Shown piece after piece: positions 9,124-19,259 of a stretch of 64,000 nt of DNA. The position numbers were made by a program, and so were the translations under genes. The notes beneath the pieces were generated by a model. It saw only the letters and a list, made by a program, of their open reading frames with translations, searched no databases and was not told the origin of the DNA. Numbering within the stretch: position 1 is the stretch's first letter; each line of letters begins with the position of its first letter. Source of the DNA: an uncultured Gemmatimonadota bacterium (GTDB lineage Bacteria > ARS69); contig CAYYFX010000007.1 in the NCBI GenBank assembly GCA_964471155.1, positions 1,346 to 65,345 of the forward strand, given 5' to 3'.

Positions 9124-11010
9124 CTACGGGATCGGGATCTGCACCTGCCACAGCCGGATCTCGCCGATGGCCCACGGGTCGTCGTCGAAGCCGATGTCCT
9201 CGAAGCCGTTGTCCGGGCAGTCCGCCAGGGCGACCACGATCCGGAGTTGGCCGGCGTCCGCTCCCGGCGCGAACCGGGGGTGGAACACGTTCCGTGCGCA
9301 GGCCAGGTTGCTGACGGACCCGGGCGTCTCCACGCGCACGGGCACGCCCTCCCGCGACCAGGTCTCGGAAGCCCCGGAGCCGCTGACCGCGAGCTTCTGG
9401 ACGAAGAGGCCCCAGTTCCCGTCCACGTTCGACGCGTAGACGACGTAGCGCTTGCCCGCCGACGTCTCCGCCGACAGGGCCGGATTCTGGATCAGGGCGT
9501 CGCTGCCGAAGAGCTCGCTGAGCTGCACCTGGCCGCCGCCACCGAGGTCCAGCCGCCAGACCATGCCGAGATCCCCTTCGGCGCGCAGGCCGGGAAGCCC
9601 TCCGGCGAGCGCCGCGGGCGGGCGCGACCGCCCCGACGCCGAGGCGATCACCGCCGGCGCGCTCCGGCGCGGCGCCGGGCCCGGCGGCTGCGGGTACACG
9701 ACCACGTGGGTGGTGTCTCCCGCGGGGATCACGACGGTGGTGTCCCACGGGGCCGAACCGAGGCGCTCCGCGCTGACCAGGTAGGTCTCCAGCGTCGGCG
9801 GCGCCGGCACGCCGCTCACGACGTCGTACGACAGCAGGCAGTTCCAGTCGCGCGAGTCGCCCGCATTGTTCAGCACCGTGCTCTGCGCGAAGTCGCCGCT
9901 GTCCACGAGGCCGTCGGCGCGGCTCCAGAAGACGGTGGTGTTCGGCAGCCCCGTCTCGATGCGCAGCGTGCCGCGCGCGATCGTGAAGTAGACCGAGATC
10001 GAGTCCGTGTCGCCGGGGCTCAGGGTCACCTGCCGCGTGATCGTGGTGTCGCAGTAGGTCTCCCGCGTGGAGTCCGCCAGGAAGCGCCCGTCCAGCCGCG
10101 CCCCCAGGATGAACGAGCCGCCTCCCCCCACCGGCAGGGACGTCAGCGTGACGGGGGTCCGCAGCGTGTCCGCGTTCTCGACGATGGGGTACGTGGGCGT
10201 GCCGCCCGGCGCCTGGTACAGGATGTACGCGTCCGTCGCCAGCGTCTCCGGCGGGGCCACCTCGTTGTCCACCTCGAACGCCTCGATGTACACGTTCGCC
10301 ACGTTCTCGCGGCCGAGCGTGCCGAAGATGCCGCCGCCGTCCTCGAAGTCCGGATGCCGGTCCACGAAGTCCTCGGTGGCCGCGTAGATGGGCGGGTTGA
10401 ACGAGAGCTGCGTCTCGGCGCCGCCGCGCACCGCCGTCAGGTCCACGGCGAACAGCTTGTCGTCGCGGGTGAAGACCAGGCGGTCGTCCGACACCCACGT
10501 GGGATCCCGGCCGAGTCCGACGCGCTGCGCCGTGCCGACCGCCGGCGTGCCGCCCGGACCGGACGGCGGGACGACGGGCAGCGTCCACACCTCGAAGCGC
10601 CCCGACTCGTTCGTGTGGACGAACGCCAGCTCCATCCCCGACGGCGCCCAGCGCGGGTAGAAGTTGTCCCCGGAGCCCATCTCGTCCGCGGTGATCTGCC
10701 AGGAGACGTTCGCCGCGGGGTTGTCGGCGTCCACGACCCACACCAGCCAGAGGTCCTCGTCCGACTCGCGGTTCGCATCCGGCTGTCCCGGCGTCTTCTC
10801 CACGGTGCTGAACGCGATCAGGGACGCCGTGGTGGGGTGCGGCTCCGGGAACCGGCCGAGCCCCGCGGTGAGCTGGTCCCAGCCTTCGCAGTTGTCGCAG
10901 CCGGGAATGGGCGAGTCCTCGGAGCACGCCGAGAACGCGGCGAGCGCGGCCAGGAGGGCGAAACCGGAGACCTTCCGCAGCGGGGAAGGCATGGAAGGGC
11001 TCGGACGCAT
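9124..11010 (-). CDS. TolB-like (PD40/WD40-like) beta-propeller lipoprotein. Start taken at MRPSPSMPSPLRKVSGFALLAALAAFSAC.
   Basis: Signal peptide with lipobox-like AAFSAC. PD40-like blades (NFYPRWAPSGMELAFVH, WVSDDRLVFTRDDKLFAV, RYVVYASNVDGNWGLFVQKL). The 120 Arg-rich residues upstream of the chosen ATG have no signal peptide and are judged non-coding. Confidence 0.7.
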   Translation of the reverse strand: MRPSPSMPSPLRKVSGFALLAALAAFSACSEDSPIPGCDNCEGWDQLTAGLGRFPEPHPTTASLIAFSTVEKTPGQPDANRESDEDLWLVWVVDADNPAANVSWQITADEMGSGDNFYPRWAPSGMELAFVHTNESGRFEVWTLPVVPPSGPGGTPAVGTAQRVGLGRDPTWVSDDRLVFTRDDKLFAVDLTAVRGGAETQLSFNPPIYAATEDFVDRHPDFEDGGGIFGTLGRENVANVYIEAFEVDNEVAPPETLATDAYILYQAPGGTPTYPIVENADTLRTPVTLTSLPVGGGGSFILGARLDGRFLADSTRETYCDTTITRQVTLSPGDTDSISVYFTIARGTLRIETGLPNTTVFWSRADGLVDSGDFAQSTVLNNAGDSRDWNCLLSYDVVSGVPAPPTLETYLVSAERLGSAPWDTTVVIPAGDTTHVVVYPQPPGPAPRRSAPAVIASASGRSRPPAALAGGLPGLRAEGDLGMVWRLDLGGGGQVQLSELFGSDALIQNPALSAETSAGKRYVVYASNVDGNWGLFVQKLAVSGSGASETWSREGVPVRVETPGSVSNLACARNVFHPRFAPGADAGQLRIVVALADCPDNGFEDIGFDDDPWAIGEIRLWQVQIPIP

Positions 11011-11082
11011 CGGGCCGGCCGCCTCCCCGGCCCGGAGGACCGGAGGAAGAAGAGTTGGAGAAAGCGAAGAAAAGCGGTCGTG

Positions 11083-11111
11083 ACTATAGGTCGGGGTCTC
11101 CGGGGTGTCAA
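11083..11111 (-). promoter_or_regulatory. Candidate sigma70-type promoter for the beta-propeller lipoprotein gene (-35 TTGACA, 17-nt spacer, -10 TATAGT on the minus strand)
   Basis: The minus strand reads tcTTGACAccccggagaccccgaccTATAGTcacg about 70 nt upstream of the ATG at 11010. This is a near-consensus hexamer pair in a ~200-bp intergenic region. Confidence 0.4.
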
Positions 11112-11212
11112 GACGACGCCCGGCCCGCGGAACCGTCGAACTCTCTTGCTTCCAAGGACTTCGCTCACACGCCGATTCCCGATCCAGCCGCCCGCGGGCG
11201 TTCCCGACCCGC

Positions 11213-13501
11213 TCAGCCCGCCGGTGCCGGCGCGGCCGCCTCCCCGCCGCGATCCCGGTACTGCCGCATCCAGCCGGCCGCCGCGTCCGCGTCGCCCTTC
11301 CGTCCGGCGACCCCGGCCATCCCGCGGTATGCCTCCGGCGCGCGCGGATCCGCCGCGATCGCGCGGGCATAGGCGTCCTCCGCCTCGGCGATCCGGTTCC
11401 CGGCGAGCAGGATGTCGCCGAGGACGCGGTACGCCTCCGCGCACCGGCCGCCGCCGCGGAAGTACCGCTCCAGCCACGCCAGCGCCTCGTCCGTCCGCCC
11501 GCGCAGCCGGGCCAGCTCCGCGCGGCGGAACTCCTCGCCGGATGCGAAGCAGTCCTCGCCGCCGCGCGCGTCCGCCGCGTCGCGGGCGTCGAGGTACGCG
11601 CGGAGCCGCTCCGCCTGGGCGCGCGCCGGCGCGTGGTGCTCGTTCTCCCAGCGCCCGTCGTAGGCGAGCACCGAGTCCGCCTGCGCGCGCGCTTCGGCCC
11701 GCCGCCCCTCGGCCAGCAGCAACTCGGCCACCGCCGCGCGCGCGAGCAGGTACCGCGGCTCCAGCGCGACCGCGCGGCGGTACGCGGCCAGCGCCTCGTC
11801 GAACCGGCCGGTCTGCTCCAGCACGAGCCCGAGGTTGAACGGCGCGCGGTAGTACTCCGGGTTCAGCGCCTCCGCGCGCGCGAGGTGCCCGAGCGCCTCG
11901 TCCAGGTCCCCCAGGCGCGCGAGGTCGATGCCGAGGTTCATGTGGCACTTGTCGTAGTCGGGATCGAGCGCCAGCGCCTCCCGGTAGTGCGCCACCGCGT
12001 CCGCGTAGCGTCCCTGGGAGTCCGCCACGATCCCCTGCCGGTAGATCACCTGCGCCACGCCCGCGTCCTCGTCCACGCCGTACACGTTCGCGTGCATCAG
12101 CAGCGCGGTGGCGGCCAGGCCGCCCGCCAGCGTCGCCGCCCGCGCGAGGCGCCGGTCGCGCACCGCGTCCCACGCGGCCAGCGCCGCGAGCGCCGCGAAC
12201 GGCAGCAGTCCGGGCACGATCGGGATCCGGTACCGGTCCAGCACGAAGAACAGGATGGTGGCGAACGAGTACGACGCCACGAAGACGTACGGCAGCGCCC
12301 ACTCCCGGCGCCGCCGCCAGGCCAGGACCATCCCCACGATCGACAGCGCGCCCACGAGGCCGAACGTCGGCACCGGGAGGCGCAGCGGCGCGGAGTAGCG
12401 CCGGAAGTAGTGGAAGTGCTCGATCTGCGGCACCTCGTACGCGCTCCAGAAGTGCACGGTCTTCATCACCATCCGGGACAGGAAGGTCCCCGGGTGCTCC
12501 CGTGCGTAGCGCAGGGTCTCGTGCAGGAAGAAGGACGACACCTCGGTGTACGTCAGCGGGCGCCCCGCCACGCGCTCCGCCTCGGTGCGGCACTCCACGT
12601 CCTTCTGCAGATCCGCCGTGATCTTCTCCGTCGTCCCGTCCGGCCGCCTCACGTACAGCACGGGGGTCTCGTGGCCGCCGGACGCCATCGGCCCGTTCCC
12701 GATGTAGAAGTTCAGGCCGCCGTTCGTCGTGATGAGGGCGGGATCGCCCGTGCGCCAGTTGTGGATCGTGGCCGGCGCGATGCCGGCGAGGATGCCCCCG
12801 CCGAACGAGAGGCCCGCGACGACCAGCGTGCGCACGGCCGGTCGCGCGAACGCGTGCGGTCGCCCCCACGCGCCGGCCAGCCACAGCAGCGCGGGGGGCG
12901 CGAAGAGCAACACGTTGCCGCGGCCGAGCGCGTCCAGTCCCACCACCACGCCCGCGGCGAGCGCCGTGCGCCACGACGCGCGCCGCGCCGCCTCGTGCAG
13001 CAGGAGCAGCGCGGCCGCCGTCATGAAGACGTTCAACGTGGGATAGATGATGGCCGTGACGTACGCGATCACCGGGCCGTACAGGGCGAGCAGCCCGGAC
13101 GCCACGCACGCGAGGCGCGCGCCGCCGTAGCGCCGCGCGAACAGGTGCACGAGCGGCACGGTGGCCGCCGACACGACCACCTGCATCATGCGCACGGCAT
13201 CCAGCGAATGTCCGATGACGGCGTACAACGCCGCGAGCACGTGCGGGTACAGGGGCCCCATGAAGTACGGGTCCTTCGCCTGCAGTCCTTCGCGCAGGAT
13301 CCGCAGCGCCCACTCGTCGTAGTACTTCGCGTCCAGGCCGAGGAAGTCGAACCACGGGTAGTGCGACGTGCTTTCCCAGTGCCACAGCCGCAGCGCCGCC
13401 GCCACGAGCACCGCGGCGGCGAGGAAGCGCTTCTCGACCGGCGTCCACGCGGGCAGGCGCGCGGCGCGATCCCCGGGGCCTCGCGCGGCGGCGGACGGCA
13501 T
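11213..13501 (-). CDS. GT-C glycosyltransferase (GT39/PMT_2/ArnT-like) fused to a C-terminal TPR domain (TMTC-like architecture)
   Basis: Starts MPSAAARGP... 2 nt after the upstream stop. First periplasmic loop carries the GT-C 'DE' motif (LDAKYYDEWALRI). About 11 TM helices, then TPR repeats (YADAVAHYREALALDPDYDKCHMNLGIDLARLGDLDEALGHLARAEALNPEY...). Confidence 0.75.
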   Translation of the reverse strand: MPSAAARGPGDRAARLPAWTPVEKRFLAAAVLVAAALRLWHWESTSHYPWFDFLGLDAKYYDEWALRILREGLQAKDPYFMGPLYPHVLAALYAVIGHSLDAVRMMQVVVSAATVPLVHLFARRYGGARLACVASGLLALYGPVIAYVTAIIYPTLNVFMTAAALLLLHEAARRASWRTALAAGVVVGLDALGRGNVLLFAPPALLWLAGAWGRPHAFARPAVRTLVVAGLSFGGGILAGIAPATIHNWRTGDPALITTNGGLNFYIGNGPMASGGHETPVLYVRRPDGTTEKITADLQKDVECRTEAERVAGRPLTYTEVSSFFLHETLRYAREHPGTFLSRMVMKTVHFWSAYEVPQIEHFHYFRRYSAPLRLPVPTFGLVGALSIVGMVLAWRRRREWALPYVFVASYSFATILFFVLDRYRIPIVPGLLPFAALAALAAWDAVRDRRLARAATLAGGLAATALLMHANVYGVDEDAGVAQVIYRQGIVADSQGRYADAVAHYREALALDPDYDKCHMNLGIDLARLGDLDEALGHLARAEALNPEYYRAPFNLGLVLEQTGRFDEALAAYRRAVALEPRYLLARAAVAELLLAEGRRAEARAQADSVLAYDGRWENEHHAPARAQAERLRAYLDARDAADARGGEDCFASGEEFRRAELARLRGRTDEALAWLERYFRGGGRCAEAYRVLGDILLAGNRIAEAEDAYARAIAADPRAPEAYRGMAGVAGRKGDADAAAGWMRQYRDRGGEAAAPAPAG

Positions 13502-13503
13502 CG

Positions 13504-15021
13504 TCAGCGCAGGTAGCCCACGGCCCGGAGCTGCTCCGCGATGGCGGGATCCAGGGCCGCCCCCGTCTCGCCGGGGCGGCGCAGGCCCTCCGCCAGATCG
13601 CCCGTGAACACCATCGGGCGCTCCAGGAAGAACGATTCGGCGAACAGCTTGCGCGGGATGTTGTGGACGTAGCGGCGCGGGATGGGCTTGCCGGCGAGGT
13701 GCGTCACCATGGCGGCGAGGTCGCGGAGATCGATCGGCCGCACCTCCCCCGGCACGATGGCCGGCCCGAGCGCCGCGAACACCCCGACGCGCCGGTGCCA
13801 TCCGGAGAACGCGGTCGGCGGCAGCGGACCCACGAGCGGCCCGTCGGGGGTGCCCGGGAAGAACAGCAGGCCCTCGGCCTCGTCCGCCACCACGTCCGGT
13901 CCGATCGGCAGGCCGTAGCCCGGACCCTTCTCCCCGCGCACGTCGTACACGGCCGACGCCACCGGCGTCCCGTCCTCGGTGCGCAGCCCGCGCAACTCCT
14001 CGACGAACGCCGCGCGCGCCGCGCTGTCCGCGGACGCGAGGTGGAAATCCCCGCCGAACAGGTTCCGGCTCTCCGCGCCTTCCGTCCCCCCGCCCAGCCG
14101 GGCGAGCACGGTCGCCTTCGACACGCCGGCGTAGGCGGGGCCGAACCCGTGGTCCGACACGATGAACAGCGTGGCCCGCTCCGGCAGCTTCGCGCGCACC
14201 TCGCCGAGCACGCGGTCGCACCACACGTACACGTCGCGCACCGCGGTCCTCAGCCGTTCGGGCGCGTCCGCGCGATACTGCGGGTGGCTGGGGTCGTGGA
14301 ACCTCCACAGGTGGTGCTGGATCCGGTCCGGCACGGTGAACACGATGAACGACACGTCGGGCCGCCGGTCGAACAGGAGCCCGAGTCCGATGCGCCGGCG
14401 GGCCTCCTCCATCGCCATCATCCGGTCCAGCCAAGCCTCCTCGGCGCCGGGCTGCGGCGGACCGAGCCACGCGTCGCGCTCGTATCCCTGCGCCACGATC
14501 TCCGCCTCCAGGTCCGGCGGGTAGGTGAGCGGCGCGCCTTCCGGATACGGGAAGCCGCCGATCATGAAGCCGTTCACCTCGTCCGGCGGCGTCGTGATCG
14601 GCACGTTCACGATCCCGACGGTCAGCGCGACCTCCGACAGATCCTGCCAGAAGGGCGGTACCAGCCGGCAGGTGGCGTCCACGAAGCGGCCGCGCGGGTT
14701 GCTCCCGGCGGGGATCCAGAAGCTCCAGACGCCGTGGGCCGACGGCGGCACGCCCGTGGCCACGGTCGTCCAGGCCGGCGGCGAGGTCATCGGGACCGTG
14801 GAGCGCAGATCGCCCATGGCGCCCTCGCGACGCAGCGCGGCGAAGTTCGGCAGGAGCCCCTGCTCCTCGTAGTCCGCGAGAAGGTCGGGCGAGAGGCCGT
14901 CGAATCCCAGGAGGAAGACCGGACCGGGCGCGCTCACGGGAACCGGATCGGGGCCGGAGCACCCGCACGCGACGGACAACGCCGCGAGCGCGAGGAGACG
15001 GGCGGACGTTCGCAGAAACAT
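13504..15021 (-). CDS. Alkaline-phosphatase-superfamily lipoprotein, ENPP / type-I phosphodiesterase-nucleotide pyrophosphatase type (PF01663-like)
   Basis: Lipoprotein signal (LAALSVACGC). Metal-site motifs LLGFDGLSPDLL (N-terminal) and LFIVSDHGFGP (SDHG) match the ENPP family. C-terminal ...LRAVGYLR. Confidence 0.75.
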   Translation of the reverse strand: MFLRTSARLLALAALSVACGCSGPDPVPVSAPGPVFLLGFDGLSPDLLADYEEQGLLPNFAALRREGAMGDLRSTVPMTSPPAWTTVATGVPPSAHGVWSFWIPAGSNPRGRFVDATCRLVPPFWQDLSEVALTVGIVNVPITTPPDEVNGFMIGGFPYPEGAPLTYPPDLEAEIVAQGYERDAWLGPPQPGAEEAWLDRMMAMEEARRRIGLGLLFDRRPDVSFIVFTVPDRIQHHLWRFHDPSHPQYRADAPERLRTAVRDVYVWCDRVLGEVRAKLPERATLFIVSDHGFGPAYAGVSKATVLARLGGGTEGAESRNLFGGDFHLASADSAARAAFVEELRGLRTEDGTPVASAVYDVRGEKGPGYGLPIGPDVVADEAEGLLFFPGTPDGPLVGPLPPTAFSGWHRRVGVFAALGPAIVPGEVRPIDLRDLAAMVTHLAGKPIPRRYVHNIPRKLFAESFFLERPMVFTGDLAEGLRRPGETGAALDPAIAEQLRAVGYLR

Positions 15022-15096
15022 GAGGTACTCCGGGCGCGCACCGGGGACGTCGAGGGAGGCGACTCGGCGAACGATCCTAAGGGACCGCTCGCGGGG

Positions 15097-17553
15097 TCAC
15101 AAGGTTCCCGGATCCGGGTCGACGCGGCGTTCCCGGGTCGGCCTCGGCCCGCGGCGTCCCTCCGCGGCCGCGAGCGTCACGGCCAGCGCGGCCGCCGCGA
15201 GCAGGGACACGGCCGCCCCGGCGGGCCAGCCCGCGGGGCGGTAGCGCATCTCCACGAGGTGCGGGCCGCCGGCCGGCACCCGCACGCCGCGCACGAGGCC
15301 CCACACCGGGAGGACGGGCGCCGGCGCGCCATCCACGGTCGCGGTCCAGCCCGGGTCCAGGGCGTCCGCCACGACGACCAGGGCCTCCGCATCCGCCTGC
15401 GTGCGCACGAGCAGCCGCTCCGGCTCGTCCGCGAGCAGCTCCAGCGCGTGCGCCTCGTGCTCGCTCGTCTCCGGGGCGCCGACCGATCCTTCGCCCACCC
15501 AAAGGGCCTCGCGCGCGGGATCCAGCCGGCCGGCGGCCAGCCGCGCCGCCATCTCCGCCCCGGAGACGCCGCGGCCGGCGAAGGCCAGCGTGACGCGCGG
15601 CAGCGCCTCCTCGTTGCGCGCGAGCGCGAAGCCGTCGCACGGCACCGGCGTCCAGCCCGCGGCCGGCGGCAGCGCCGCCCCCACGACGGCGCGCACCGCG
15701 AGCGCGTCGAGCAGCGGGTGCTCCAGGGAGCGCGGATCGACGGGTTCCACGATGCGCCGCCCCGACCAGATCCCCCACGAGAACAACGGCTCGCCCAGGG
15801 CCCGCTCCAGCGCCTCGCCGAGCGACCGGTCGGACAGCGCGTTGTAGCCCTGCAGGTCGCGCAGCGTGTACGGGACGTTGGTGGACGGCGGCAGCACGCT
15901 CGAGATCGGGTACGGCCGCACGGGCTGGTCCCGGCCGAAGCGGAGGAAGCGGCCGCCGCCGCGTTCCTCGTCGGCCGCGAGGAGGGCATGGAGCTGCTCG
16001 ATGCCGGCCGACGGCGCGAACACGTCCGCGGGCGGGCGGTCGCCCCGGTACGGTGCGGCGAACGCGAAGAGCTGCGCGGCGGCCGCGGCGAGCGGCAACA
16101 GCGCGGCCGCGCGCGAGGCGGGCAGCAGGAACGCGACGCCCGCCGCCGCGGCGAAGCCCGCGGCCGCCGCCACCCGCGCGGGCACGCGTGCGAGCGTCGC
16201 GGGATCGAAGCCGCCGGCCATCGCCTCCGGCGAGGCCCCGAGCCAGCGGGGAAGGTCGTTCCCGGCGGCGCGCGCGAGCGCGACCGCGGCCGCCGCCGCG
16301 ACGAGCACGGCGATGCCGTAGATCCGGCGCCCGCGCCCGCCGCGACCGCGCGCCAGGGCCGCCGCCGCGAGCGCCGCCGGCACGAGCTGCGCCAGCACCA
16401 CGACGGCGCCCGCGCGATCCAGCCGCGCGAAGTCGAAGCCGGGCAGGAACCGGTGCGCGAGCTGCGCGGGCGGCGCGCCGAAGGCGATCACCACGCCGGC
16501 GACGAACAGCGCGGTGCAGGGCGCCGCCGCCCGCCGCGTCCCGCGGGCGGCCATCCCGTACAGCGCGAGCACGAGGATCGGCGTGCCGGCGAACACGGAG
16601 TTGATCTGCGTGCGCAGGTAGAAGCCGTCGCCGCGCGGGAAGAGCCAGGCCCACTCGTCGCCGGTGAGCGGCGAGCCGAAGAGCTCCTCGCAGGCGAAGC
16701 GCAGCGCGTCGACCGCGTGGAAGGCGCCGGAGGCCACGGTCGCCCATGCGAGCTCCGCGCGCGCGGATCGCGCCGCGAGGTCCAGCGAGGGCAGCAGCTG
16801 CGCCGCCACGAGCGCGACCGCCATCGTCCCCGCGCCCGCGAACACCAGCAGGGTCCGCACCGGCGGGGGGCGCGGCGCGGCGGCCGTCCCCCACGCCACG
16901 ACCGCCGCCAGCGCCGCCGCGTACGCCGCGTGCAGCGCCATCTGCGGCTGCCCCGCGAGGAACGTGCCCGCACCGGCCAGCGCGAGGTACGCGCCCGCGC
17001 GCACCGACGGCCGGGTCGCCGCGCGCAGCGCCGCGAGGATCACCCACGGCAGCCAGCTCGCGGCCGCGAGGAACGGCGGCTGCCCGAAGTGCTTCGCGAA
17101 GAACCCGTTCAGCGCGAACACGCAGCCGGCCGCGGCGGCCACGTCGCGCGGCGCGCCGAGACGCCGCAGCAGGAGCGCCGCGCCGATCCCGCCGAAGGCC
17201 GCATGCAGGAACAGGAACACGCCGAGCTGCACGCCCGGATCGACCGGCAGCAGCAGCCAGTTCGGCGGGTACAGCACGCCGGCCTGCGGATCCGCGAGGA
17301 ACGGCGCCCCGCAGAACGTCCACGGGTTCCAGAACGGGATGACGCCGCGCACCCACGCGTCGTGCAGCATCCACCGCCGCGGGTAGTACGACGTCGCCGA
17401 GTCCGGGTTGTGCGAGGGCGCCGCGCGCTCGGCGACGCTCGCCGTCTCCGACCACGGCCGCCACCGGTCCATGTTCGCCGTGACCGCGAGGCGCTGCCCG
17501 GTCAGCTCGCGCGCGAAGAACACCGCGGCGAACGCCACGATCACGGCGATCAT
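15097..17553 (-). CDS. YfhO-family polytopic membrane protein (GT-C-fold glycosyltransferase-like)
   Basis: Starts MIAVIVAFAAVFF. About 13 predicted TM helices, then a periplasmic beta-rich C-terminal domain and a final TM (PHLVEMRYRPAGWPAGAAVSLLAAAALAVTLAAA). This organisation is typical of YfhO. The first ~480 codons of the 1301-aa track ORF are an Arg/Gly-rich shadow. Confidence 0.7.
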   Translation of the reverse strand: MIAVIVAFAAVFFARELTGQRLAVTANMDRWRPWSETASVAERAAPSHNPDSATSYYPRRWMLHDAWVRGVIPFWNPWTFCGAPFLADPQAGVLYPPNWLLLPVDPGVQLGVFLFLHAAFGGIGAALLLRRLGAPRDVAAAAGCVFALNGFFAKHFGQPPFLAAASWLPWVILAALRAATRPSVRAGAYLALAGAGTFLAGQPQMALHAAYAAALAAVVAWGTAAAPRPPPVRTLLVFAGAGTMAVALVAAQLLPSLDLAARSARAELAWATVASGAFHAVDALRFACEELFGSPLTGDEWAWLFPRGDGFYLRTQINSVFAGTPILVLALYGMAARGTRRAAAPCTALFVAGVVIAFGAPPAQLAHRFLPGFDFARLDRAGAVVVLAQLVPAALAAAALARGRGGRGRRIYGIAVLVAAAAAVALARAAGNDLPRWLGASPEAMAGGFDPATLARVPARVAAAAGFAAAAGVAFLLPASRAAALLPLAAAAAQLFAFAAPYRGDRPPADVFAPSAGIEQLHALLAADEERGGGRFLRFGRDQPVRPYPISSVLPPSTNVPYTLRDLQGYNALSDRSLGEALERALGEPLFSWGIWSGRRIVEPVDPRSLEHPLLDALAVRAVVGAALPPAAGWTPVPCDGFALARNEEALPRVTLAFAGRGVSGAEMAARLAAGRLDPAREALWVGEGSVGAPETSEHEAHALELLADEPERLLVRTQADAEALVVVADALDPGWTATVDGAPAPVLPVWGLVRGVRVPAGGPHLVEMRYRPAGWPAGAAVSLLAAAALAVTLAAAEGRRGPRPTRERRVDPDPGTL

Positions 17554-17570
17554 CGCGGCGGAGCGCGCCC

Positions 17571-19259
17571 TCACGGCGCGTCCCCGCGGACGGCCTGCCG
17601 CAGCGCCCGCGCGGCCGCGAAGTCCGGGTCCCGCGCGAGGGCCTCGTCCAGCCGGGCGCGCGCGGCCGCCGGGTCCGCGGCCGCGAGCGCGCGCAGCCAG
17701 AGGCTCCACGGCTCGTCCGCGACCCGCGGTTCGGTCAGGATGCGCTCGGCCGCCTCCGGCCGCCCCGCCGCCGCCTCCGCCGACGCCGCGGACCACGCCG
17801 CCCAGCGCGCGCCCGGCACCGGCAGGTGCCGCACCGCCGCGAGCGCGGAGCCGAACGCCGCGTGGCGCGGTCCGGGCATCACGTACAGCCCCACCACGAC
17901 CGGCGCGGCCAGGATCCATGCGCCGATCGCCGCCGCCGCCGCCGCGCCGCCCGCCGCGCGGAGGCGCCGCGCGGGACCGAGCGCCGCGAAGCCCGCCACC
18001 GCGACCACCAGGAACGGCACGAGGGGCTGGTGCATGCGCGTGTGCCCGTACGCCACGGCGTGGACGGCCAGCGTGGCCACGAGCCAGACGAGCGCCAGCG
18101 AGCGGAACGGCGAGCGCGGCAGCGACACGAGGGCCGCCGGTCCGGCCACGAGCGGGACGAGCGCCGCCAGCCACGTGAGCAGCACCAGCGCCGCGGCGAC
18201 CGACGGGGGCGCCGGCCCGTACCAGTCCCGCAGGAGGTGCCGCGGGAGGAAGAAGTCCGGCGCCCACAGCGCGGCCAGCCGCCGCGGGACGCGCTCCAGG
18301 AAGGCCGCGGGATCCGCGCGGATGCTCGCGAGCGCCTCGCGCTTGTACCAGGCGTCGTCCTCGGCGAACGCCCGCGGATCGGACGCTCCCGCCCCGGCGC
18401 GCCGCCCCGGGATCATCGTGCGCCACCCGCTCTCGGGCTGGAGCCGCGCGACGGCGGGGTCGATGCCGCGCGCGCGCAGCGACGCGCCCAGCGCCTCCGC
18501 CGTGCCGTTCGCGGGGTCGAGCCCCACGCTCCAGATCCCCTGCAGGTCGCGCGGCACGTGCGGGTTGTTGCCGCTCCAGAGGTTCCACCCCGAGTTCGTG
18601 TCGACGATCACCGGCCGGCCCGCCTGCGCCGACGCGAAGATCGCCCACGGCGCGATCACCAGCGCGCCGGTCGCCGCCAGCAGCGCGGTCGCGCCCGCCG
18701 CGCGCGGACCGCGGCGCAGCAGCAGCCAGGCCGCGGAGACGACCAGCAGCACGAGCGCGGTGGAGCGGACGAGCGCCGCGAGCCCGAGCGCCGCGCCGGC
18801 CGCCGCCGCCGCGCGCCGGCCGCCGGTCTCCCCCGCCACGAGCAGGCGGTCGAAGCCGAACACGAGGAACGGCGTGAGCAGCGTCTCCGCCCACAGCAGG
18901 TGCGAGAACGCCACCGACGACGGGTAGAACGCCGTGAACGCCGCCGCGCCCAGCGCCGCCCCGTCGCCGAAGCGGCGCCGCGCGAGGCGCCACACGAGCC
19001 ACGTCGTCGCCACGGACACGAGCGCCTGCAGCACGCGCACGCCCCCGGCCCCGCCGCCGCCGAGCGCGAGCCCCGCCGCCACGAACGACTGGTAGCCGGG
19101 CGCGCGCCAGATCACCGGCGCGGCGCCGTCCGCCACCGCGCGGCCGAAGGCGAGGAACTCCTCCTCGTCGTACCGCGGCGGCAGGTCGGCGAACGCGAGG
19201 GCGAGCGTGACCTTGAGCAGGCCGGACAGGAGGAGGACGGCGACCAGGCGCCGGCTCAA
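17571..19259 (-). CDS. GT-C glycosyltransferase (ArnT/PMT_2-like) with a short C-terminal TPR-like tail. Putative TTG start overlapping the upstream stop (TTGA).
   Basis: LSRRLVAVLLLSGLLKVTLALAFADLPPRYDEEEFLAFGR carries the GT-C DE(E) loop-1 motif. Multiple TM helices. C-terminal helical repeats (...EAAERILTEPRVADEPWSLWLRALAAADPAAARARLDEALARDPDFAAA). Confidence 0.65.
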   Translation of the reverse strand: MSRRLVAVLLLSGLLKVTLALAFADLPPRYDEEEFLAFGRAVADGAAPVIWRAPGYQSFVAAGLALGGGGAGGVRVLQALVSVATTWLVWRLARRRFGDGAALGAAAFTAFYPSSVAFSHLLWAETLLTPFLVFGFDRLLVAGETGGRRAAAAAGAALGLAALVRSTALVLLVVSAAWLLLRRGPRAAGATALLAATGALVIAPWAIFASAQAGRPVIVDTNSGWNLWSGNNPHVPRDLQGIWSVGLDPANGTAEALGASLRARGIDPAVARLQPESGWRTMIPGRRAGAGASDPRAFAEDDAWYKREALASIRADPAAFLERVPRRLAALWAPDFFLPRHLLRDWYGPAPPSVAAALVLLTWLAALVPLVAGPAALVSLPRSPFRSLALVWLVATLAVHAVAYGHTRMHQPLVPFLVVAVAGFAALGPARRLRAAGGAAAAAAIGAWILAAPVVVGLYVMPGPRHAAFGSALAAVRHLPVPGARWAAWSAASAEAAAGRPEAAERILTEPRVADEPWSLWLRALAAADPAAARARLDEALARDPDFAAARALRQAVRGDAP

